Origin: Candidatus Bathyarchaeia archaeon
GTDB lineage: Archaea; Thermoproteota; CALKCG01; B24
Direction: 5' to 3'
Assembly (NCBI GenBank): GCA_038870975.1
Contig: JAVZJD010000002.1
Coordinates: 160,001 to 224,000, forward strand
DNA length: 64,000 nucleotides
In this document: piece by piece, positions 49,975 through 62,726 of the stretch
Numbering within the stretch: the first letter of the stretch is position 1
Layout: each line of letters opens with the position of its first letter
The notes under the pieces: model-generated
The model's input: only the letters and a program-made list of their open reading frames with translations
What the model was told of the DNA's origin: nothing
Database searches by the model: none
Program-made: the position numbers and the translations under genes

Positions 49975-50372
49975 GTCTCCTCAACCCACTCAATAATAAT
50001 TTTAGCACACATAATAGCGTTATCGGCGTCTTCCTTAGTATAATACTCGTGAGGCGCGCCTTCAACCCAAGCATTAGGATACCTTGTGGGGATATAGTAT
50101 TTATCTAACGCCTTAGCGCACCCTAAAACCTTATCAGATACAGAAACCTCTTTAAAACGTATACTACTCAACAACTTCGACACACTATGGCCATAAGCTG
50201 GTACCCCTAAACCATACAGTAACGCTTTAGTAGCTATTTCAGCAGATTGTTGCGCTTTAAAACAAGCCCAATTGAAATCCCCCCTTTCCAAATCACCGTG
50301 AGCAGATTCTAACGTCTTTTTAGCTGAATTCAACCACCTTAGATACTCAACTTCATCGAACATAAAACCCAC
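49944..50372 (-). CDS. HEPN domain protein
   Basis: WACFKAQQSAE, YGHSV, YIPTRYP. Confidence 0.9.
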   Translation of the reverse strand: MGFMFDEVEYLRWLNSAKKTLESAHGDLERGDFNWACFKAQQSAEIATKALLYGLGVPAYGHSVSKLLSSIRFKEVSVSDKVLGCAKALDKYYIPTRYPNAWVEGAPHEYYTKEDADNAIMCAKIIIEWVEETWKSLKRGKD

Positions 50373-50510
50373 TTAATATTAAGATCAACAACACATAATT
50401 AATTATTAACTTATTAATGTACACGAGTTTACTGTAAGAGGGGTTGAAAAAGGCGACGGCTCCTTTTAATCTTACGATTAAAAATTGGAAGGGAAAAATG
50501 AAGGGTTGAA

Positions 50511-50909
50511 TTAATTCCTTTCGACCCTCCTATCCACCAGGTATAGTATGGATGTTGACGATGAAGCAATTGTGAATATTACATAGGCTGATGTTGCGAC
50601 GATCAACAGTAGATCGCTTTCCAAGGCTAATCCAAGACCTATAAGTACTAGGAAGACAGCTGTTAAAACCCATGAAGACTTCACAAAACTCATGGATGGC
50701 TTAACCCTTTTACCGTATTTTCTAGCCAGAAATGAAATGGCTATGAGGACTGGTGAAACGTAGATAGCTCCTATGAGTGAAGAAGCTATGAAGCCTGCTA
50801 ATACGGCCGCCGCCTCGATGTTTAATTCGAAAATAGGCGTACTAACCAGAGCCGTGAAACTCAATATTCCTAGCAGCGGATACAACATGGCTTTAACAAT
50901 CGGCTTCAA
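50511..50909 (-). pseudogene. C-terminal membrane fragment of a surface protein (CFI-box-CTERM-like)
   Basis: LYPLLGIL...E..AVLAGFIASSLIGAIYVSP pattern; joined directly to the integrase relic. Confidence 0.5.
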
Positions 50910-51105
50910 GCCTCGCTACTGCATCTTCTAGGGAGTCTTTAAATTCCTTGATGTTGTTCTTATCTTTAACCGTCATGTCCTTAGGTGTTGTGGATAGAAG
51001 CTCGCAAGCCCTAGACATCCTCTTCATAGCAACCTTAGAAGTCACGGCTTCCCTCAGCTGGGCTTCTGAGCTATCGCCTTACGTCAGAGTCCATTAGCAG
51101 GAAAG
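50910..51105 (-). pseudogene. Tyrosine integrase N-terminal relic
   Basis: FLLMDSDVRR*LRSPAEGS, frameshift, VTSKVAMKRMSRACELLSTTPKDM; ~70 bp from the tRNA 3' end. Confidence 0.6.
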
Positions 51106-51171
51106 TAGATTAAAACGCGGCTTAAGGCGTAGGTTCTCGGGAAGAAAGAAGCATTTGCATCCAAATAAGTG

Positions 51172-51246
51172 CGGGTCCGCCGGGATTTGAACCCGGGATC
51201 ACCTGCTCCGGAGGCAGGTGCCTTATCCTGGCTAGGCCACGGACCC
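51172..51246 (-). tRNA. tRNA-Arg(CCG)
   Basis: GGGTCCG acceptor, CCTGC-CTCCGGA-GCAGG, GGTTCAAATCC. Confidence 0.95.
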
Positions 51247-51309
51247 CGTTTTAGATTTAGAAGGGTGTTTATCTTAAGCTTTTACTGCGCTATTCTATTA
51301 TGTATTTAG

Positions 51310-52005
51310 GTGAACGGTATGTTTGACTTGAGTCTGGTGAAGAGGTATAAATCTGTCAGGGTTGCAGATGTTGTGGATGCATTGGATAGATATGGATTTC
51401 ATGAAAAGCTCTTGGTATCGCGTAGAATAAGACCCCTATATCCAGGTATAAGAATGGCTGGTTTTGCTATTACCGTTCAAGCGAGGAAGACTCGAGAGGA
51501 AATACCTTCTATGAGTCCTGAGGACTACGATAGATACGCCGAAGACTGGTATAGGCTTAAAGCCAACTACGACTGTTTTATGAAGTATACAGGTCCTGGC
51601 ACGGTTATAGCCATAAACTCAGACGGATGTTTAAACGTGGGCTTCTGGGGTTCCATGATAGCTTTAGTTGCTAAGGCGAAGGGTGTGGAAGGCGTGGTTC
51701 TAGACGGCGGCTGTAGAGATATATGGGAGATTCGACGTATAAGATTCCCAGTATTCTCAAGAAGCATAGGTAGAACAGAGGTTATAGGTCGGTTGGAGGT
51801 GAGGCCTGAAGACGTAAACATTCCAATAACTGTAGGCGGTGTAACGGTAAACCCGTACGATATGATAGTTGGCGACGACGATGGGCTTGTAGTCGTCCCG
51901 AAAAGCATCGTCCACCAGGTGCTGGAGAGGGCTGAAAAGCAGTTAATGGATGATAGGAGGGCTCAGAAACCTTATCTCGACATGTTTGGAATATCTCTCC
52001 CATAG
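51310..52005 (+). CDS. RraA/HMG-aldolase family protein
   Basis: VADVVDALD, FWGSM, DGGCRD, VGDDDG. Confidence 0.9.
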   Translation: MNGMFDLSLVKRYKSVRVADVVDALDRYGFHEKLLVSRRIRPLYPGIRMAGFAITVQARKTREEIPSMSPEDYDRYAEDWYRLKANYDCFMKYTGPGTVIAINSDGCLNVGFWGSMIALVAKAKGVEGVVLDGGCRDIWEIRRIRFPVFSRSIGRTEVIGRLEVRPEDVNIPITVGGVTVNPYDMIVGDDDGLVVVPKSIVHQVLERAEKQLMDDRRAQKPYLDMFGISLP

Positions 52006-52020
52006 GCTGGCGGTTTTTCG

Positions 52021-52470
52021 GTGGTGGAAATGGGATTCAGACAGGTTGTTCAAGTTGGACTTATTGTAAGCGATATAGAGAAAGCGAGGAGGTTTTGGGC
52101 TAAACTATTAAACTTGGAGGAGCCGCCGATAATTGAAACTGAAGAGTGGGAGTCAACCCGTATGACTTTCAGAGGTAAACCGTCTAAAGGACGTGCTAAG
52201 CTGACTTTCTTCAAGCTGGAAAACATAACTATAGAGCTTATTCAGCCCCTAGGAGGACCCAGCACGTGGCAGGATTTCTTAGATAGACATGGAGAGGGGA
52301 TACATCACATAGCATTTGTGACGGAGAACTTAGATGAAGCTATTGGGAAGCTTTCAGAATTTGACGTTAAAATAGAGCAGAACGGGTACTTCAAAGGCGG
52401 CGGCTACGTGTACGTAGATTCTAGAGAGAAGCTTGGAGCCATATTAGAACTACTCTACTACAGTAAATGA
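52021..52470 (+). CDS. VOC family protein (methylmalonyl-CoA epimerase-like)
   Basis: QVGLIV, IELIQP, GEGIHHIAF. Confidence 0.9.
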   Translation: MVEMGFRQVVQVGLIVSDIEKARRFWAKLLNLEEPPIIETEEWESTRMTFRGKPSKGRAKLTFFKLENITIELIQPLGGPSTWQDFLDRHGEGIHHIAFVTENLDEAIGKLSEFDVKIEQNGYFKGGGYVYVDSREKLGAILELLYYSK

Positions 52471-52474
52471 TGCG

Positions 52475-52930
52475 TTGGGGATGACTATGGAGTACTTCTC
52501 TACGGATAAGCTCGGTAGGATCTTCATCGTTAGACTAGACCCTGGCGATTACGTTTTAGAAAGCATAACTGAACTAGCGGTTAGAGAGGAAATTAAAGAT
52601 GCAATTGTAATATCTGCAGTTGGAACTTTAGATGAGTGTACTCTACACATGGTCACGACGACCGGTTACCCTCCGAAGGAATACTTCAGACGTTGGGAAA
52701 ATGAGCCTCTAGAGCTCGTTTCAGTGGCGGGTGTTATAGCTGATGGAAAACCACATCTTCACGCCGTAGTCTCAGACAGTGAGAAAGCTTACGCAGGTCA
52801 TCTAGAGGAGGGCTGTAGAACGCTATACCTGGCTGAGATAGCTATTTTAGAGGTGAAGGGTCTGGATTTGACTAGGGTCCGCGATGAGAGGAATATTCTA
52901 AAGTTGGAAAGCCGGAGGAAATACGGATAG
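52475..52930 (+). CDS. PPC/DUF296 domain protein
   Basis: RLDPGD, ELVS, PHLH, AGHL. Confidence 0.9.
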   Translation: MGMTMEYFSTDKLGRIFIVRLDPGDYVLESITELAVREEIKDAIVISAVGTLDECTLHMVTTTGYPPKEYFRRWENEPLELVSVAGVIADGKPHLHAVVSDSEKAYAGHLEEGCRTLYLAEIAILEVKGLDLTRVRDERNILKLESRRKYG

Positions 52931-52999
52931 TTGATGGTAGCGTGTAATAGAAAACGTTAATAGGTTTTAGAGCGATTTTGGAGGATCGTAGGATCTGAA

Positions 53000-54142
53000 T
53001 TGAGCAGTTTAAGTATTGGTTTAATCGGTTGTGGAGGAATAATGGACGCCCATCTAGCCGGTTATAAAGCGTTGTATACAGCTGGGTTGAAGGTTTTCAA
53101 TATAAAAGCCGTTTGCGATACATATGAACCGAATGCTAAGAGGAAAGCCGAAGCCGTTGAATCTATCCAAGGTAGAAGACCCAACATCTACTTGGATTTT
53201 GAGGAGATGATTAAACGCGAAGATTTAGATGCTGTAGATATCGCACTACCCCACAATATACACCATACTGTCGCCTCTAGATGCCTCGAAGAAGGTCTAC
53301 ACGTGATAATAGAGAAACCCCTCGGTATAACCATGAGGGCCGCCAAGCTGATAATCGAAGCGGCTGAGAAGTACAATAAAACCCTAGCCGTAGCTGAAAA
53401 CTACAGAAGAAGCCCTGAGAATAGAGCCATCTGGTGGGCTATTAGGCAGGGATACATAGGTAATCCCAGAATGATCGTATGGATGGCGGCGGGATGGAAT
53501 CCAAACCCCTGGGGTTGGAGGGAAGACCGCTTCGCTGCGGGTGGAAGCTGGGTTTTCGATGGAGGGGTACATCTTGCAGACCTAGATAGGTATCAGCTTG
53601 GAAGGGAAGCCTTAGACGTATACGCTGCAACTGAAACCTTTGACCCCGTTAAGAAGGGTGTAAAGGTTACGGTGGACGATATGACTATGGCTATCATAAG
53701 GTTTGAGGGGCGCGTATACGCTCAATGGCTGTGGACTAGAGCGGCACCGGGGAGGGAATTAAACCTGAGGATTATCTACGGTTCACAAGGCGCTTTAAAC
53801 GGTGAAGGCTTAAAGATTCAAAAGGAGGATAGCGTAGAAGTCTACAGAATGCATATGCTGGTAGATAGGATGATGAGGAGTTTAAAGCCTGAGGAGAGGG
53901 AGAGCATGTTTCCAAGAGGTATAACTGATACGTTTGCAACAGAACTCTACGACTTTTACAGCTCAATTGTTGAAAAGCGTAAGCCTGAAGTCGACGGCTG
54001 GGAGGCTTACAGAGACATGGCCATACCCTTAGGCTTCTACGAATCTGCAGTCCTAGGAAGACCCGTAAAGATCAAAGACGTAGAAGAACTTAAAGTTGAA
54101 GAGTATCAAGGCGAGATCAATGAAAGGCTTGGAATACGTTAG
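53000..54142 (+). CDS. Gfo/Idh/MocA family oxidoreductase
   Basis: GLIGCGGI, EKPL, DGGVHLAD. Confidence 0.9.
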   Translation: MSSLSIGLIGCGGIMDAHLAGYKALYTAGLKVFNIKAVCDTYEPNAKRKAEAVESIQGRRPNIYLDFEEMIKREDLDAVDIALPHNIHHTVASRCLEEGLHVIIEKPLGITMRAAKLIIEAAEKYNKTLAVAENYRRSPENRAIWWAIRQGYIGNPRMIVWMAAGWNPNPWGWREDRFAAGGSWVFDGGVHLADLDRYQLGREALDVYAATETFDPVKKGVKVTVDDMTMAIIRFEGRVYAQWLWTRAAPGRELNLRIIYGSQGALNGEGLKIQKEDSVEVYRMHMLVDRMMRSLKPEERESMFPRGITDTFATELYDFYSSIVEKRKPEVDGWEAYRDMAIPLGFYESAVLGRPVKIKDVEELKVEEYQGEINERLGIR

Positions 54143-54224
54143 AACGTTAAACAGCATTCTCCTCCACGCCATCTGAGATACTGAGTTTAGAAACACCTAG
54201 AGCCCTACAATTAAGTGTAATACT

Positions 54225-55658
54225 CTAGGTGTATTTTCCAATAGAGCCATAAGAAGTAGACCACTTATTTTTCTGTAAATCTAATATTCTCGCTTTAGCC
54301 TCTTCTAAGGCTTTTAAAGCGCCTAGAAAAACAGGCTCCTGTACAACACCCTTATCGTAGAATTCTTTAAGCTCATCCATATCGTGTACCTTAAGTTCTC
54401 CACCGGGTTTAGCTGAGACGTCAACCGCTAGGTCGACGTACCTTACAAGGCCTTTAACGACTTCAACTGGGGTGTTTATGTTTATGTAGATTCCTTTAAA
54501 TTCTCCACGGTTGGAGAAGTATCTATGCTCTATGAGCCAGTCACCCGGTTTGAATCGTGTTAAAGCGTAGTCACCAGTTTCCTTGGAGATTCCCAGTCCA
54601 TCGTAGAGACCTGGGCCGTAAATTCTCCTTCTAACCGTTAGAAGATCGAATTCGACGTGTTCAACCACTCCAGGGGTGAGGGTTAAAACAGTCCCATCGA
54701 GTTTTCTATGTTCAAAATTCAATCGACTTCCGACTTCTACACTTTTAAACCCGATAAGCCTATCTAAACAGTCTTCGATAAAAACTCTATCCGCACCTCT
54801 AGCCAGCATGAGTTCAGCTAAGTCTACAGCTGCTCCAAATCCTCTAAAACACCTGTAGACGTGATGCCCTCTAACCGTAGGAACCACTTTAGACCTTAAA
54901 TCATCGAGAAGATTTTTACATGGAAACTCCAACTTATAAACTGCCTCTCCTTCAAGTATCAACGTAGATTCAGTTGAACAGCTTTTTCTAAGAAGCTTAG
55001 CTTTCTCTTTAAGCTCTTCAAATTCCCTGAGAAGCTCTTCAACCGGTGCTCTAACAGCCGTGCTCTTCCACCGTATTCCCCACTCTTCTCTACGAATTAT
55101 GGAAGATAGGTTTAGAAGCTCCCTAAAACGGGGGCTCTTCCTCAGCGGCTCATCAAACGCCACGAGGTTGTTTTGCGTTAAACTCATGTAGAAGCCGTCT
55201 ACTGTTATATGCCTTCTCAGGCTGACCGATTCTCCACTCTTCCAAACCGGCTTGTAGGTTTGAACTAGAACGTAATCTCCCGTATTCAACCCTCTACCAT
55301 TCTGAACAAGCCCTTTAAAAGAACCTAAATCTACTAAAACACCATCCTCCGTATTCCCTGCGACAACCCCCTTGTAAACAGAGCCGACGTTTACAAGGGA
55401 CCTCCTTACGAATACGTACTTCAGCCGTTCTACGACCGCCTTCACAGCACTCTCGACTTTTTCAGGTAGACCTCTAACTAAAACTCCCTGTTTATCTGAA
55501 GTTTCAACCACCGCTACATCCGGTTTAACGTTTAAATCTCCTATTTTAAATCTAACAGCTATCGTCCTACTTGGATAGGATATTTCAAAACCCTCGTCTA
55601 ACATAAGCCTTGTAAGAGCTGTAGAGTATATTCCTCTTAAGTAGACTCTCAACGGCAC
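54225..55658 (-). CDS. fau-1: FAU-1 AU-rich RNA-binding protein/ribonuclease (RNase E/G-like + DUF402)
   Basis: RGIYSTALT, GHH, G.YDGL, YININTPVE, YVDL. Confidence 0.9.
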   Translation of the reverse strand: MPLRVYLRGIYSTALTRLMLDEGFEISYPSRTIAVRFKIGDLNVKPDVAVVETSDKQGVLVRGLPEKVESAVKAVVERLKYVFVRRSLVNVGSVYKGVVAGNTEDGVLVDLGSFKGLVQNGRGLNTGDYVLVQTYKPVWKSGESVSLRRHITVDGFYMSLTQNNLVAFDEPLRKSPRFRELLNLSSIIRREEWGIRWKSTAVRAPVEELLREFEELKEKAKLLRKSCSTESTLILEGEAVYKLEFPCKNLLDDLRSKVVPTVRGHHVYRCFRGFGAAVDLAELMLARGADRVFIEDCLDRLIGFKSVEVGSRLNFEHRKLDGTVLTLTPGVVEHVEFDLLTVRRRIYGPGLYDGLGISKETGDYALTRFKPGDWLIEHRYFSNRGEFKGIYININTPVEVVKGLVRYVDLAVDVSAKPGGELKVHDMDELKEFYDKGVVQEPVFLGALKALEEAKARILDLQKNKWSTSYGSIGKYT

Positions 55659-55669
55659 ACCTTGGAATA

Positions 55670-55963
55670 CTAGTCTCTAATACCCTCTAGGAACGATATC
55701 GCCTGCCATATTTTAGTCCTTGTATAAACCGGTATATTCGGGTCTTGACTGATCTCATCGAGAATATCTATTACGTTTGAAGCTCTAGCTGCAAGCGAAA
55801 GCTTTTCAGATTGAAGCTGGTCGATACTTTCCTTAGCGGCTTTCCTAATGTTCCTCGGAGTGGTGGGATCTGAAGCGATCAACTGAAGTATCTGAATGGC
55901 TTTATTCACCCTATCCATGTACTCTTCAACCTTCTTAGAAGACTTCTTACCTTTAGAAGACAA
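55670..55963 (-). CDS. UPF0147 family protein
   Basis: DPTTPRNIR, LDEISQDPNIP..RT.IW. Confidence 0.9.
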   Translation of the reverse strand: MSSKGKKSSKKVEEYMDRVNKAIQILQLIASDPTTPRNIRKAAKESIDQLQSEKLSLAARASNVIDILDEISQDPNIPVYTRTKIWQAISFLEGIRD

Positions 55964-56048
55964 ACGTCATCCCCCCGCTTCCCAGTAAGCCGGAGATTAC
56001 TTAAGGTTATAGTTTATTAGTCTATAGTATGATTTTAAGTTTGCTGAG

Positions 56049-56405
56049 GTGGCTTCAGTGAGCGACGATTACGTGAAGAAGGCCGCCGAGGTCATGAAAA
56101 TGGGGGCTAAAATGCTCTCAGAATCATGCCCAATATGTAGAGTACCCCTCTTCAAGCTCGGTGAAGACGTACTCTGCGTCAACTGCGGTAGGAAGATAAT
56201 CCTAGTTAAAGAAGACCAAGAAGCCATCGCCGCTAAAACACCATTAATACTGACAGATATAGAGGAAAGCTTGATCAGCAAAATACTAGAGGTAAGAGGA
56301 AAACTAATGCTCGCTGAAGATTTAGACGATTTAAAGAAGGCTGGAGACGTTCTAAACACCCTACTAGAAGCACTCTCAACTATTAGAAAACTCAGGAAAA
56401 GCTGA
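56049..56405 (+). CDS. UPF0148/Sjogren autoantigen p27-like zinc-ribbon protein
   Basis: GAKMLSESCPIC.VPLF...CVNC. Confidence 0.9.
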   Translation: MASVSDDYVKKAAEVMKMGAKMLSESCPICRVPLFKLGEDVLCVNCGRKIILVKEDQEAIAAKTPLILTDIEESLISKILEVRGKLMLAEDLDDLKKAGDVLNTLLEALSTIRKLRKS

Positions 56406-56416
56406 AGACCCTCAAA

Positions 56417-56492
56417 TGGGGCCGGCCGGATTTGAACCGGCGATCACGTGGGCCCAAGCCACGTAGCCTAGACCAAACTAGCCGACGGCCCC
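56417..56492 (-). tRNA. tRNA-Pro(TGG)
   Basis: GGGGCCG acceptor, CGTGG-CTTGGGC-CCACG. Confidence 0.95.
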
Positions 56493-56762
56493 CCCCATCA
56501 AAATCTAGAGGCTTCCAGTATAAAAACTGTTTTCACGACCTCTTAAAAAAGTTTAGAGTAGAAACCCTCAAACCACATCCTTCGAACTCGGTAAAGTTAA
56601 AATCGACTTTCAACCCTTATCGATTAAGACGGAGGCAAAAACACTAAAGCAACACATTTGCTTCATCGCAGATGAAGTCGACCCCTACCTCAACCCACCA
56701 TCATACCCCAATAAGCAGTAAATCGACCAGAATAACCCCCTTGAAACCTAGAGGGGTCAAGC

Positions 56763-56823
56763 CCCCATAAAAATCATCCATAAAATCCTCCATAATAAGA
56801 GCCATAAAAATCCATCATTATGG
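56763..56823. repeat. Short imperfect CCATAA(AA) tandem repeats between tRNA-Pro and tRNA-Leu
   Basis: ccataaaaatc, ccataaaatc, ccataataag, ccataaaaatc, then inverted ttatgg. Confidence 0.6.
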
Positions 56824-56891
56824 AAAAGCTTAAAACGCCAACAATGGAAAGGAGAAAACTCTAAATTTAAGCTCATCTTTAAGAAAAATAG

Positions 56892-56979
56892 GCGGGGGTA
56901 GCCAAGCCTGGTTTAAGGCGCAGGGCTCAGAACCCTGTGGGATAGCCCTTCGTGGGTTCAAATCCCACCCCCCGCACCA
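56892..56979 (+). tRNA. tRNA-Leu(CAG), CCA encoded
   Basis: GCGGGGG acceptor, CT-CAG-AA loop, variable arm. Confidence 0.95.
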
Positions 56980-57121
56980 ATTCACCAGCAGTATGAATAT
57001 CAACATTTAAAACCACCACTTACAATACACTCCCACTGGCTTAAACCCCACCCCCATACCAATACCCACCTCTTACCCTTAACAGTCTATTCACTAAACG
57101 TATTCAAAACATCTAAGACCA

Positions 57122-58468
57122 TTAAACTCTAAACATAGCCGTCAACGATAGACTTGCCGCCAGTGTTACTAGCGGCATTATTGTAAACCCGTATTTAGAG
57201 AATTCGGAAAAGGAGATTTTCACCTCTCTATCTGAAAGTATCTTAGACCATATCAACCCAGCGAGAGAGCCTGTTAACATGTAGTTTGCACCTAGATTAC
57301 TTCCGATAACTAATGCCGACGTTAAACTAATTCTGACTTCTTCAGATACCCGCTGTATACCACCCTCTTTGAGGGTTTTAATGAAGAATATAGTCATTGG
57401 ATGATTATTCATAAGACCAGCCGCAAGAGCAGATAAAAAGCTTAAGCTGGAGATTGTAACCATGGGGTTTTTGGAGACTATTCGTGAAATCTGAGAAGCA
57501 AATAGATGAGTCCATCCAGAGGTTGCAAGCCCCTCAACTATGATGAAAAGTCCTATGAGGAATGGGGCTATCCTCCAAGGCATCCTACGAAAAACCATCT
57601 TTGCACGAGAACGGTTGAAAATCAGGTCGTACAGACCCATGACTAAGGCGAAGAGTAGAGCAATAGCCCAAGCTTGAGCGTTAATCCACTCCGTAGGTAA
57701 ACTTATTAAAAACAACATACAACCTAAGGTTAAAAGACCGAAAATAGCACCATTCCTATCCTTAAGAGAATACCGTGGGTCAATATCTGGCACCTTGACC
57801 GATTTTACCACCCTCCGCCGAAATGTGAGTAGAAGCAACAGTAGACATACGAGTGTAGCTGAAATCGATGGAATCAACATCCACCTTGCAAACTCTGCAA
57901 AGTTTACTCCGAAGGCATCTGCGATTACAATATTCGTAGGGTTTCCGATGTACAAGCCCATGCTGAGGGTATTTGCCGCGAAGAATTGAGCGATCAGATA
58001 TGGAACAGGATCTACTTCAGCGTATGCACAGATGTGTATGACGAGGTATGTAACCGTTAGAATTACAACATCATTACTAGTAAACATCGACAAGAAAGAT
58101 GTAAGCAGAAAAAGGTATGTAAAAAGCCTTAAGCCAGAGGCTCCAGCAGTCTTAACAACGCGTAATGAAACATACTCGAAAAAGCCAGTACAGTCTAAAG
58201 AAAGACAGATATATGAAAAGGATAGAATGAACACTATCACAGAGTAGGGTTTTACATAGTCACATCCAAGAACACCCTCCTTTAGCAACGTCAACGCTGA
58301 TGAAGGTGAACTTGCGAGAATAACAGATGCGCATAGAATAGACGCTAATCCATAGTCGATATGGATGCTCTTTGACGTATAAGGAACTTTTACACTTGGA
58401 CGTTTAAATATTAAGAAAATGGCTATGATAAACACAAGCATAGAAATCACTGTGAGCTCATGTAACAT
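57122..58468 (-). CDS. ArsB/NhaD (IT superfamily) transporter
   Basis: FTSNDVVILT, IGNPTN, MNNHP, GSNLG, GSLAGLIW. Confidence 0.9.
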   Translation of the reverse strand: MLHELTVISMLVFIIAIFLIFKRPSVKVPYTSKSIHIDYGLASILCASVILASSPSSALTLLKEGVLGCDYVKPYSVIVFILSFSYICLSLDCTGFFEYVSLRVVKTAGASGLRLFTYLFLLTSFLSMFTSNDVVILTVTYLVIHICAYAEVDPVPYLIAQFFAANTLSMGLYIGNPTNIVIADAFGVNFAEFARWMLIPSISATLVCLLLLLLTFRRRVVKSVKVPDIDPRYSLKDRNGAIFGLLTLGCMLFLISLPTEWINAQAWAIALLFALVMGLYDLIFNRSRAKMVFRRMPWRIAPFLIGLFIIVEGLATSGWTHLFASQISRIVSKNPMVTISSLSFLSALAAGLMNNHPMTIFFIKTLKEGGIQRVSEEVRISLTSALVIGSNLGANYMLTGSLAGLIWSKILSDREVKISFSEFSKYGFTIMPLVTLAASLSLTAMFRV

Positions 58469-58711
58469 TTACGTAACCCCCTACCCATCTATTGAAGAGA
58501 TACCACTAACCGCTCGATATATTGCCACAGAAGTTTACTGTCTTTTCAATCGCTCTAAATAAACTTTACAGTTATCAATTGGATTGAATAAACCCCACTC
58601 TAACCATAGAGTAATCTACCTCCAGAGCTTCATCTTCAGTAGTAGTCAGAGGCTTCATAAAACTCTGCATGAACACTTAACAATCAAACGTTATATTAGC
58701 GAACTAATTAA

Positions 58712-61987
<3,276 letters not shown>

Positions 61988-62002
61988 AACAGCTCTCGTC
62001 GT

Positions 62003-62638
62003 TTAGACTCCACTCTTTCCACTTTTATCTAAAATATCGTAGAGCTCCATTAAACTGTTTAACGTCAAAACCTCCGATTCTAATCCCAGTTTTCTCAAGT
62101 TTTCTAACTCACTCATCCTCCTCACTATTAACACTGCTTTACAGCCGTTCTCCAAGGCAGATAATACATCGTTAACTCTATCGCCGACCATCACCGTTTC
62201 AGAGGCTTCGTAGCCTCCCGTAGAAAGTACGAGTTTTATCTGATCCCTCCTAGTTGGACGCTCATCTCTGGAGACCACTACTTTAAATAGATCCCTAATC
62301 CCTATGAGGCTTAATACGTTTTCAATGGCTTTTCTAGATTGGAGACTCGTTAAATTCAGCGTATAGCTTTCACCCAGCTTCCTGAGTATATATGGAGAAT
62401 CATCCAACACGATTAGACCGCTTAGAGATTCAAGCTCATATTTCTCAACAAACCTTGAAACCTCCCAGTACAAATCTGAACCCCACAGCATGGATAGTGT
62501 AACCGTAAAAGATGAAACTTCTCGACCTAGGAGTTTACCCAGCTCTCTGTAAATTAAGCTCCAATCCACTGGAAGGAGGATTAAGGTTTCATCTAAGTCA
62601 AATATCAGGTTTCTGATACTCAGAGTAGTCTTCTCCAC
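62003..62638 (-). CDS. HAD-family hydrolase
   Basis: FDLDET, VGDRVND. Confidence 0.85.
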   Translation of the reverse strand: MEKTTLSIRNLIFDLDETLILLPVDWSLIYRELGKLLGREVSSFTVTLSMLWGSDLYWEVSRFVEKYELESLSGLIVLDDSPYILRKLGESYTLNLTSLQSRKAIENVLSLIGIRDLFKVVVSRDERPTRRDQIKLVLSTGGYEASETVMVGDRVNDVLSALENGCKAVLIVRRMSELENLRKLGLESEVLTLNSLMELYDILDKSGKSGV

Positions 62639-62726
62639 CGTTAACCACCAGAAGTTGAACTACGGCTTATCTGTTAAAGACCTACATAAATTTTCCCCCA
62701 GGAAAAAATAGAGAGTTAAAATGATC

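Larger units (their letters stand above)
37700..51171. mobile_element. Decayed integrated element/genomic island at the 3' end of tRNA-Arg(CCG); left boundary approximate
   Basis: Integrase relic next to the tRNA, dense TA modules, TnpB fragment, many pseudogene junctions; no att duplication found. Confidence 0.7.

Noticed and set aside
38683-50500. Integron-like cassette array with attC sites
   Set aside because: Spacers are mostly gene relics; I found no recurring attC-like inverted repeat or shared flanking motif by eye
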